A stretch of 64,000 nucleotides of DNA, from contig CADBHB010000001.1 of the NCBI GenBank assembly GCA_902794395.1, forward strand, positions 91,289 through 155,288, given 5' to 3'. Shown one piece after another: positions 56,486-64,000 of this stretch (its first letter is position 1; every line of letters starts with the position of its first letter). A program made the translations under genes and the position numbers. This stretch comes from an uncultured Ruminococcus sp. (GTDB lineage Bacteria; Bacillota; Clostridia; Oscillospirales; Acutalibacteraceae). The notes below the pieces were generated by a model. The model was not told the DNA's origin and did not search any database. It saw only the letters and a list, made by a program, of their open reading frames with translations.

Positions 56486-57781
56486 ATGGATTTTAATATA
56501 CTTACGCTCGGCTGCAAGGTCAATCAGTACGAATCGCAGGCGATGCGCGAGGATATGCTGCGCCACGGCTACACGCTGTCGCCGGACACGGAACGGGCGG
56601 ACATAACCATAATAAACACCTGCACCGTTACCTCGGTAAGCGACGCAAAAAACCGCAAGCTCATCCGCCGCGTCAGGCGCAACAACCCCGAGGGCGTCAT
56701 AGTGCTTACGGGCTGTATGCCGCAGGCGTTCCCCGAGGAGACCGAGAGCTTCGGCGAGTGCGACGTAATCCTCGGCAACCGCGAGCGCGCGCGGCTCGTT
56801 CCTGCCATAGAGGAGTTTTTGCATTCGCGGCGGCAGTACATTGAAATACCCGCTCACCTTGACAGCGGCGCGGAATATGAGGACCTCAGCGTGTCGTCCT
56901 TCGGCGGCCATACGCGGGCGTTCATCAAGATAGAGGACGGCTGCAACCGCTTTTGCTCCTACTGCATCATCCCTTACGCCAGGGGCAGGGTGCGCTCAAA
57001 GCCGCCGCAGGAGGTCAGGCGCGAGCTTGAGAATGTGGCGCAAAGCGGCTACCGCGAGGTAGTGCTGGTGGGCATAAACCTTTCCGCCTACGGACTGGGT
57101 GAGGATTATTCACTTGCCGACGCGGTGGACGCCGCGTGCGCGGTAGAGGGCATAGAGCGCGTGCGCCTCGGCTCCCTGGAGCCGGAGCAGATGGACGAGC
57201 CGCTCATAGCGCGGCTGGCGGCGCAGAAAAAGCTATGCCCGCAGTTCCACCTGTCGCTGCAATCGGGCTGTGACAAGACGCTTAAGGCGATGAACCGCCA
57301 CTATGATACGGCTGTGTACGCAGACATAGTGCGCAGGCTGCGCGCCGCCTTTGACAACGCCGCTTTTACCACCGACGTCATGGTGGGCTTCGCGGGCGAG
57401 GATGAGGAGGATTTTGAGGCGTCGCTCGGCTTTGTGCGGTCCGTGGGCTTTGCCAAGGTGCATGTTTTCCCGTATTCGGTGCGGCGCGGCACGCGTGCCG
57501 AAAAGATGCCCGACCATGTCAGTCCCAAAGAGAAGGAGCGCAGGGCGGCGCGGATGACAGAAGCTACAGATATTTCCAGAAAAGAATTTTTGCGCTCTCA
57601 GGTCGGCTTGACCGAGGAGGTGCTGTTCGAGCGCCTGCGCCATGGATATTTGGAGGGCTACACCAAAAACTATACCCCCGTGCATGTCGCTTCCGACAAC
57701 GCCGCGCTCTGCGGCGAGATACATCCGGTGAAGCTTACGGGCGTGGGCGAGGATTGGTGCGACGGCGAATTGGCGGTGTGA
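56486..57781 (+). CDS. mtaB: tRNA t6A37 methylthiotransferase
   Basis: TLGCKVNQYES, INTCTVT, KIEDGCNRFCSYC, HLSLQSG, VHVFPYSVRRGT, C-terminal TRAM. Confidence 0.93.
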   Translation: MDFNILTLGCKVNQYESQAMREDMLRHGYTLSPDTERADITIINTCTVTSVSDAKNRKLIRRVRRNNPEGVIVLTGCMPQAFPEETESFGECDVILGNRERARLVPAIEEFLHSRRQYIEIPAHLDSGAEYEDLSVSSFGGHTRAFIKIEDGCNRFCSYCIIPYARGRVRSKPPQEVRRELENVAQSGYREVVLVGINLSAYGLGEDYSLADAVDAACAVEGIERVRLGSLEPEQMDEPLIARLAAQKKLCPQFHLSLQSGCDKTLKAMNRHYDTAVYADIVRRLRAAFDNAAFTTDVMVGFAGEDEEDFEASLGFVRSVGFAKVHVFPYSVRRGTRAEKMPDHVSPKEKERRAARMTEATDISRKEFLRSQVGLTEEVLFERLRHGYLEGYTKNYTPVHVASDNAALCGEIHPVKLTGVGEDWCDGELAV

Positions 57782-57783
57782 GC

Positions 57784-58998
57784 TTACAGGGCGGCTGTCA
57801 GGTTTGCTATCTCCTGCCTTGCCTGCGCATCGTTCAGGCTTGCGTAGCTGTACAGCATGAAGCCGCTTACTTTTTTATTCTTTTGCAGAATCAAATACTC
57901 CTGCGCCAGTGTGTCGTCCTGCGTAAGCCAGGTGCCGCTGTCCTTGTCGCTGCCCGCCTTGTAGCCCGCAAGCCCCGCGTAAAGGCGGACGCCCTCGGCA
58001 TAGTCGAGCGACAGCCAGTCGTCAAGCGCGTCCTCAAAGCCCAAGGCTGGATTGTCGGGGCTGAAATACAGCTGGGGACAGATGTAATCTATAAATCCCT
58101 TTACTCCGCACCAGTGCACTACGTCGGCGGAAAGCTGCGCGTTGTTTGAAAGGTTGCCCTGCGGAGATATTCCGAACACCATTTCGGGGTGCGACTGATG
58201 GAGCCGCAGATAGGTCTGAGAGATAAGCAGGTTTACGTTGAACACGCGCCAGGTCGCCGTGTCCATAGCCTTGCCCTGCGGCACGGTGCTGCGGTAGGCT
58301 TCATAGGCAGCGCTGTCCTGTGTGTCCATGTCGGGCGGGTAGAAGTAGTCGTCAAACTGCACTCCGTCCACGGGGTAGTTGTCGGCTATCTCCATAACGC
58401 CGTCTATTATCAGCCGGCGCGCCTTTTCGTTGGAGGGGTCAAGGATGATGCCGCTGTCGGTTTTCAGCACCATGCTCTCGTCCTTTACGCAGGGGTGTTC
58501 AGCGCTCAGCTTTTCGGGCGTGTCGTTGGTGGCGACGCGGTAGGGGTTGACCCAAGCGTGGACGCGCAGACCCTCGTTTCGGCAGACCTCGCAGACGATT
58601 TTCAGGGCGTCGTAGCCGGCGCTTTCTCCCTGAGTGCCGCTGAGTATGTGCGACGCGGGAAAAAGCCTTGAGGAGTAGAGCGCGTCGCAGAACGGGCGCA
58701 CCTGCACCGCCAGGGTGTTGAAGCCCAGGCTTTTGCACCGCGCGGCTATGGCGGAGAATTTGGCGCGGAACGCGGACTCGCTTTTATCGGGCGAGCTTTG
58801 CATATCCAGGTCCATATATGTGACCCACACGCCGCGCATGCGGTCGAGGGTGTCGTCCTTTCGCGCGGCATACGGTGCGTCGGCGGTCGCTGAGGCAGGC
58901 GCCGCGGCGGGCAGGCGGCTGTCAACAGAGCTTACGGCGACGGTCGCGGCTAACAGAACGGCGGTAAAGGCGGTGGGCAGAAATTTTCGGATCTTCAA
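57784..58998 (-). CDS. Secreted GHL10/DUF187 (YngK/YddW-like) glycoside hydrolase-like protein
   Basis: Signal peptide, MRGVW, QVRPFCDALY, HAWVNPYR, DGVQFDDYFYP, FGISP, DYICPQLY. Confidence 0.88.
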   Translation of the reverse strand: MKIRKFLPTAFTAVLLAATVAVSSVDSRLPAAAPASATADAPYAARKDDTLDRMRGVWVTYMDLDMQSSPDKSESAFRAKFSAIAARCKSLGFNTLAVQVRPFCDALYSSRLFPASHILSGTQGESAGYDALKIVCEVCRNEGLRVHAWVNPYRVATNDTPEKLSAEHPCVKDESMVLKTDSGIILDPSNEKARRLIIDGVMEIADNYPVDGVQFDDYFYPPDMDTQDSAAYEAYRSTVPQGKAMDTATWRVFNVNLLISQTYLRLHQSHPEMVFGISPQGNLSNNAQLSADVVHWCGVKGFIDYICPQLYFSPDNPALGFEDALDDWLSLDYAEGVRLYAGLAGYKAGSDKDSGTWLTQDDTLAQEYLILQKNKKVSGFMLYSYASLNDAQARQEIANLTAAL

Positions 58999-59015
58999 TT
59001 TGTATCAACCTCGGA

Positions 59016-59297
59016 GTGAATATGAAAACGGTATTTATCATATATTTTTCGGCAATCAGTCTTGTCGCGGTCATCATCACTGTTTTTGACAAGCGGCGCG
59101 CTGTACGGCACGGATGGCGCGTCAGTGAGGCGACGCTGCTGGCGGTGGCGGCGCTGGGCGGCAGCGCGGCTATGCTGCTCACCATGATGGCTGTGCGCCA
59201 CAAGACCCGCAAGCTTAAGTTCATGCTGGGCATACCGCTGATAATCGCGTGTCAGCTTGCGCTGCTGTTCTTTGTAGGGAGGGGTATATTTGGCTGA
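59016..59297 (+). CDS. DUF1294 membrane protein
   Basis: DKRRA..GWRVSE, LGGS, RHKTRKLKF. Confidence 0.9.
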   Translation: MNMKTVFIIYFSAISLVAVIITVFDKRRAVRHGWRVSEATLLAVAALGGSAAMLLTMMAVRHKTRKLKFMLGIPLIIACQLALLFFVGRGIFG

Positions 59298-60162
59298 AAC
59301 TCTGCGTTTCACGGTGCCCGCCTGCTATGACCAAAAGCCTGCCAAGTGGTTTTTGAAGGACTGCTGCTCGCTTTCTACCAGAATGATAACACGGCTTAAG
59401 CGAGAAAAAGAGGGCATTTTGATGAACGGCAAAATTTTGCGCACCATCGACCCCGTGTCGGCGGGCGCTGAGGTAATAATAACCCTGCCCGACGAGGAGC
59501 CGTCGTTCATAACTCCGGTCGAGGGGGTGCTCGACGTAGTGTATGAGGACGCCTTTTTGCTCATTGTAAACAAGCCGCCCTACATGCCCGTGCACCCCGT
59601 AAAGCAGCACCAAGAGGACACGCTTGCTAACATAGCGGCATTTTACAGCGGACAAAAGGGCGAGCGCTATGTGTTTCGCGCGCTCAACCGGCTTGACCGC
59701 AACACCTCGGGGCTTGTTATGATATGCAAGGACAGGTTCACCGCCTTCAAGCTAAAAAACAAGGTGGAAAAGGTGTATTTCGCCCTGGTGCACGGCGAGC
59801 TGCGCGGCAGCGGCGTGATCGACGCGCCCATAGGTCTGCGCGACGACTCCAAAATAGTGCGCTGTGTGCGAGCTGACGGCGCGCCGTCGGTGACGCGGTA
59901 CGAGGCGTTATTTTCCTCAAAAGAATATTCCCTGCTGCGTCTGGTGCTTGAGACCGGCAGGACCCATCAAATACGCTGCCATATGGCGCATTTGGGACAT
60001 CCCCTGCTGGGCGATGACCTGTACGGCGGCAGCAGAGAGCTTATCGACCGTCAGACGCTGCACTGCGGCGAAATGCGCTTTGAGCACCCCGTTACGGCAG
60101 AGCGCATAGAGCTTAGCGCCGAGCTTCCGAAGGATATGAGGCGAGTTATCGACGACAAATAA
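59290..60162 (+). CDS. RluA-family pseudouridine synthase
   Basis: VNKPPYMPVHP, NRLDRNTSG, TGRTHQIRCH, LLGDDLYGG. Confidence 0.95.
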   Translation: MAETLRFTVPACYDQKPAKWFLKDCCSLSTRMITRLKREKEGILMNGKILRTIDPVSAGAEVIITLPDEEPSFITPVEGVLDVVYEDAFLLIVNKPPYMPVHPVKQHQEDTLANIAAFYSGQKGERYVFRALNRLDRNTSGLVMICKDRFTAFKLKNKVEKVYFALVHGELRGSGVIDAPIGLRDDSKIVRCVRADGAPSVTRYEALFSSKEYSLLRLVLETGRTHQIRCHMAHLGHPLLGDDLYGGSRELIDRQTLHCGEMRFEHPVTAERIELSAELPKDMRRVIDDK

Positions 60163-60206
60163 CAACGGCTGTTCCCGGGCTTGTTTAAGCCGGAACAGCC
60201 GTTGTT
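60161..60206. terminator. Bidirectional terminator
   Basis: 15-bp inverted repeat AACAACGGCTGTTCC / GGAACAGCCGTTGTT. Confidence 0.85.
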
Positions 60207-60214
60207 TTGTTTTA

Positions 60215-61933
60215 TCATTCGGCGCAGACCTTGTATATCTTGTAGCCGCTTGGCTCCGATATCGGGTCGTAGAACACCATGGCGCCGTCCTCGGAATAGT
60301 ATTGGGTGAAGTAGCGCTCCTTCTTGAATACTATGCCGTTGTCTATTACGAATACCTTTTTCTTGGTAAGCACGGTTTGATAGATGTTGTCGGGGTAGTT
60401 CCTGCGATGCATAACATCCTCGCGGTGGAAGTAACCGAAGTCGTCCAAATTGTCCAGGTAGTCGTCGCGGAAGCCCCACATGGGGTGCAGGTAGTTCTCG
60501 GTGTGTTTAATGAACCGCTGCTTTGTCACGGGGTCCATTACGTAGTAGCAGTCGGGATTGCGGTTAAGCTCCGAGATAAGGAACCGCGCGCTGTTTTTCT
60601 TGGGCGGCACGGTGCGGGTCTTAAAGTACAGCAGCCCGCTAACGGTTGCCAGCGCCACAACTACTGCGCACGAAACTATGAAGTAAAGGTGGTGCTTGCG
60701 CATTTGCCTGTTGAGCTGTCCCTCGCGCTCCAAATCAAAATTAAAGGAGTTGAGCAGCATTACTATCATCAGCAGCCACACGCCGTAGGTTATGTTGTCG
60801 GTGGGGTTGTATATCATGCGCAGCGTAAAGCTGGACATGTAGCCCACTATGAAGTAGAACAGAGGGAAGAAGGAGAATCGGTTTTTGTGGTAGAAGATGA
60901 ACACCAGCGACACCATAAGATAGACAGCTATGACTATGATGGAGCGGTTTAAGTGCATTATCTCGCTGTAGTTGTCCTTGAATACCGAGATGGAAACGTT
61001 GATGAAATTCTTGGGGTAGTCCTGAAGCTGGGCTTTGCGCACCGCCTTCAACGCGTCTGCGGTAAGTCCGGTGTCCTTGTCATAGTAGCCGTTTTTGAGC
61101 AGCTCAAATTTGTTTTCGTCGTCTATGCCCGCCTCGGCAAGCTCCTCCTTATGCTCGCTGTAGGAGGGGTAGGGCAGGGTGTTTATGGCACTGCGGGTCT
61201 GGGCGTATTCGTAGTACTGCGCAGCTTGCTCGTTGGAGTGGTTTACCGCATAGGAAAACTGCTGCATGCCCAGCGTTACCACCGACACCAAAAGGAACAT
61301 CAGCAAAAACGGGCGGAAGTACCAGAAGAATTTGCGGAAGGGCAGGCGGTATTTCTTTTTGGCTATCATGTCGCCGAAGAAGAAGGCAAAGGCGAAGCCC
61401 AGCGCCACAAAGAAGTAGGTGATGTTCAAAAACGAGCCGAACAGCACCTCAAGCACGCCGACCCAGCACGAAAGGCTGTAGCGCTTTTTATGTATAGCCA
61501 GCAGCACCAGCAGAAAGCCCGACGCGCACAGCAGCGCCGAGGTGCGGGTGCTGTCCACATTGGCGTAGTGGTGCAGGGCGAACATGATGTTGAGCAGGAT
61601 GGTGAACACAAGCGCCTTGACCTTGTTGTACTTGTCCGCGAAAACAAAGGTGACGGACGCGAACGCCGCGTAGGACGCCAGCACCTCAAAAAGCACAAAG
61701 CAGTTTATCGCGGGGAACGCCATTTGCACTGTGCCTATTATGATAGCCAGCACGTAGTTAATTGTGGGGTTCACATACATATGGTCGCGGCAGATGTATA
61801 TAGAGTTATAGTAGTCCGCTGTTCCCTCGTAGGTGAAGGAGGTCATAAAAAAGCAGCCCGCCAGAAAAAAGGCGTTTAGCACAAGCGCGAACAGGGCGCT
61901 GCTTTTTAGGACCCGCAAAAGCTTTTCTTTCAT
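60215..61933 (-). CDS. Multi-pass membrane protein with extracytoplasmic loop and C-terminal soluble domain (possibly GT-C-like)
   Basis: ~11 hydrophobic segments in a 572-aa ORF; function not recognisable. Confidence 0.8.
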   Translation of the reverse strand: MKEKLLRVLKSSALFALVLNAFFLAGCFFMTSFTYEGTADYYNSIYICRDHMYVNPTINYVLAIIIGTVQMAFPAINCFVLFEVLASYAAFASVTFVFADKYNKVKALVFTILLNIMFALHHYANVDSTRTSALLCASGFLLVLLAIHKKRYSLSCWVGVLEVLFGSFLNITYFFVALGFAFAFFFGDMIAKKKYRLPFRKFFWYFRPFLLMFLLVSVVTLGMQQFSYAVNHSNEQAAQYYEYAQTRSAINTLPYPSYSEHKEELAEAGIDDENKFELLKNGYYDKDTGLTADALKAVRKAQLQDYPKNFINVSISVFKDNYSEIMHLNRSIIVIAVYLMVSLVFIFYHKNRFSFFPLFYFIVGYMSSFTLRMIYNPTDNITYGVWLLMIVMLLNSFNFDLEREGQLNRQMRKHHLYFIVSCAVVVALATVSGLLYFKTRTVPPKKNSARFLISELNRNPDCYYVMDPVTKQRFIKHTENYLHPMWGFRDDYLDNLDDFGYFHREDVMHRRNYPDNIYQTVLTKKKVFVIDNGIVFKKERYFTQYYSEDGAMVFYDPISEPSGYKIYKVCAE

Positions 61934-61977
61934 GTAAGCTCCTCTTTTCGAGAATAAATTTTAACGCCGTGAGCTTA

Positions 61978-63999
61978 TCAGTAGTAGCCTCTTTTTATCT
62001 GCTCAAAGCGGATGGTGTCGACGTTTTTGCTTTCGTAGTCATTGAATATGACGTTGTCGTAAAATTCGCTTTCGTTATAGAGGGGCTTGTACCATGACTG
62101 CGAGTTGAAGTACGACGCGAGGTAGGAGTTGGTGAATATCCGGCCTCTGCGCGCGTATATCTCGTTTATAGCGATATTCAGCTCCTCTTGACTCATGCTG
62201 CTCACATCGGACTGAGTGAGGTAGGACGTGTTGTATTTGCAGGGGCTGAAATCGTTGCCGGTATAGTTGCTGTCGGAGCTGACGCGCATCCTCGTGCTGT
62301 TTGAGGAGCCCGAGGAGCTGCCGCCCGAGGAATTGTTGCCCGAGGAATTGTTGCCCGAGGAGCCGCTTCCGGTGCTTTCGCCGGTTTTGTCGGAGCGCTG
62401 TCGGGCAGCGTTGGCAGGCTGTGCGGCGGGTGCGGCGCTGCCGCTCATCGCGGTCTCGGTAAAGCCGTCGCCGTTGTCGCCGCCGTCGTTGTTATCATTG
62501 TCGTTGCTATCGTTATCGTTATCGTCGTAGTTGTCGTTATCGTTGTCGTTATAGTCGTTGTCGTCGTCGCTGTCGTTGTTGTTGTCGCCGCTGCCGCCGT
62601 TTTCGGAGCCCATGGAGACCACCAGAGTTATCGTGCTGTTTTTGGCGAGAGGGCTGCCGTCGTCGGGCGACATCGAGATAACATGTCCGTTCTCAAAGCT
62701 GTCGCTGTACTGATATTCGGAGACAAGCACGTTGAAGCCCTGCGCCTCCAGCACCATCTTGGCGTAGTCGTAGGAGAAGTCGGTGACGTTGGTCGGGACG
62801 ACCTTCTCGGAGTCGGCGGGCTTTGTGGTAGGAGCCGTAGTAGCCGGAACCGAGGTGGGCTGTGTGACGGCTTCGGTAACGGGGACAGCCTCAGTCGCTG
62901 TCTGCTCGCTTTGGCTCTCCTCCTTGGCGCCGAAGGGGAAGAGGCTGTTTTGATAGGCGTATACGCCGTAGCCCGCTACAGCGGCAAGCATTACCGCGAT
63001 GATGATAACGGCGGCTATAACGCCCTTTTTGCCTGTCTTTTCCGGCTCTGCCTCCTCGGTCTCGGGGGTGTTGTAGAAGGCGTTGCCTTCAAATTCCTCG
63101 GTTTGCGGAGCAACGGGCGGTACCGCCGCTACGGGCGCTTCGGTTTTGGGCGCCGCTTCCTCGGCAGGCTCGTCGTCGAAGAAGTCGCCGTAATCCTTTT
63201 CTCCGCCGCCGACGGCGTCGTTGATATTGAACACCTTGGTTTCGGGAACGTAGTTGTCAAATACGCGGTTGTCTATCTCCGGCTCCCTGTATGAGGGCGC
63301 GGGTATTGGCTCTGCCTTGTCAGGTGCGGGCTTTGCCGCTTCGTAAGCTTGAGCCGGCACATCGGGCGCTTTGAAGGCTTGAGCCGCTTCAGGTGTAGCT
63401 TCGCTCGCCTTGACGGCTTCCGCCGCCGAGACCGCGCCTGCTCCGGCGACTGCGGCGGTCACGGCTGCCGCTGCCGCCTTGCTTTCCCTGGGCTGCTCGG
63501 GAGCCTGCACTGGCTCCTCAAAGGCGTATTCCTCAAATACGTTGCTCTCAAATTCGGTGGGCTCGGGCGCTATGACGTTTTTATTCACGCTTTCCTTAGC
63601 TGGCAGCTCCGCCTTGATGGACGCCAGCGCGTTTTTCAGGTTGCCCGCGTTTTTCCAGCGGTTCTTGTTTTCGGGCTGGCAGGCTATTACTATTACGCTT
63701 TTAAGCTTTTCGCTGCCGTTGGCGGGCGCGGTGACAGGCGCGTTTGACAGGCGCTTTTCCACCGCAGAGGCGGTGTCGCCGTCCTCCTCAAAGGGCAGCT
63801 TGCCGTTGTTTGCCATGGTGTACATCATCAGACCCAGCGAGTAGATGTCGGTGGTGTAGTCGGGCTGACCGTTGCGATATATTTCGGGAGCGGTGCAGGT
63901 AAGGTCGTCTGAGTGATTGTCAAAGGCGGTAAAGCCGCCCAGACGGTAACTGCCGTCCTCGGCGACAAAGATGTTATCGGGCTTGAGGTTGCCGTGGAG
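61978..63999 (-). CDS. Ser/Thr-kinase-fold membrane protein with PASTA and YARHG domains (5' partial; likely pseudokinase)
   Basis: Frame open past the window end: LHGNLKPDNIF...LGGFT...APE...DIYSLGLMMY. Then an acidic/Pro linker, TM, PASTA-like (YSDSFENGHVISMSP), D/N/S low-complexity region and NEIYARRGRIF. Confidence 0.88.
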   Translation of the reverse strand, partial: LHGNLKPDNIFVAEDGSYRLGGFTAFDNHSDDLTCTAPEIYRNGQPDYTTDIYSLGLMMYTMANNGKLPFEEDGDTASAVEKRLSNAPVTAPANGSEKLKSVIVIACQPENKNRWKNAGNLKNALASIKAELPAKESVNKNVIAPEPTEFESNVFEEYAFEEPVQAPEQPRESKAAAAAVTAAVAGAGAVSAAEAVKASEATPEAAQAFKAPDVPAQAYEAAKPAPDKAEPIPAPSYREPEIDNRVFDNYVPETKVFNINDAVGGGEKDYGDFFDDEPAEEAAPKTEAPVAAVPPVAPQTEEFEGNAFYNTPETEEAEPEKTGKKGVIAAVIIIAVMLAAVAGYGVYAYQNSLFPFGAKEESQSEQTATEAVPVTEAVTQPTSVPATTAPTTKPADSEKVVPTNVTDFSYDYAKMVLEAQGFNVLVSEYQYSDSFENGHVISMSPDDGSPLAKNSTITLVVSMGSENGGSGDNNNDSDDDNDYNDNDNDNYDDNDNDSNDNDNNDGGDNGDGFTETAMSGSAAPAAQPANAARQRSDKTGESTGSGSSGNNSSGNNSSGGSSSGSSNSTRMRVSSDSNYTGNDFSPCKYNTSYLTQSDVSSMSQEELNIAINEIYARRGRIFTNSYLASYFNSQSWYKPLYNESEFYDNVIFNDYESKNVDTIRFEQIKRGYY

Positions 64000-64000
64000 G

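Noticed and set aside
62270-62600. Trinucleotide-like and 15-bp repeats (GTCGTT runs, GAGGAATTGTTGCCC)
   Set aside because: These encode the low-complexity D/N/S/G linker of the pseudokinase.
479-63844. Numerous long antisense or alternate-frame ORFs in the track (e.g. 2279-3364, 7363-7932, 22011-22793, 40341-41363, 44764-45822, 50406-51656, 60953-61879)
   Set aside because: They are shadows of real genes caused by high GC3; they lack RBS and recognisable motifs.

Overview
A 64-kb chromosomal window from a GC-rich Clostridia-class Firmicute. An Oscillospiraceae/Ruminococcus-like host is inferred from the dockerins, polC, the SpoIVFB-like protease and the gene order. The housekeeping backbone comprises malic enzyme, rnpB, two flavoproteins, MATE, three radical-SAM-related genes, tRNA-Ser(GGA), a polar amino-acid ABC transporter, the pyrH-frr-uppS-cdsA-dxr-rseP-ispG-polC cluster, a his operon (Z-G-D-C-B-A-I-E, with no hisH or hisF), mtaB and an RluA-family synthase. 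Main accessory content: (1) two very large non-catalytic dockerin-bearing surface proteins and a membrane-anchored single-cohesin protein; (2) a ~12.8-kb integrase-less island bounded by direct repeats of the tRNA-Ser 3' end and by two copies of a tRNA-derived mini-element, carrying a two-membrane-protein/response-regulator system, the response regulator being coupled to a BspA-LRR-dockerin protein, plus an atypical bacterioferritin-rubredoxin pair; (3) a 99-bp hairpin-rich tandem array in front of a flavoprotein operon; (4) a candidate ~90-nt csRNA-like small RNA with an anti-SD/anti-start-codon tract, OmpR-type boxes and a predicted target in this same window; (5) a PASTA/YARHG pseudokinase cut by the window end. 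All family assignments come from motif recognition by eye; no database searches were run.
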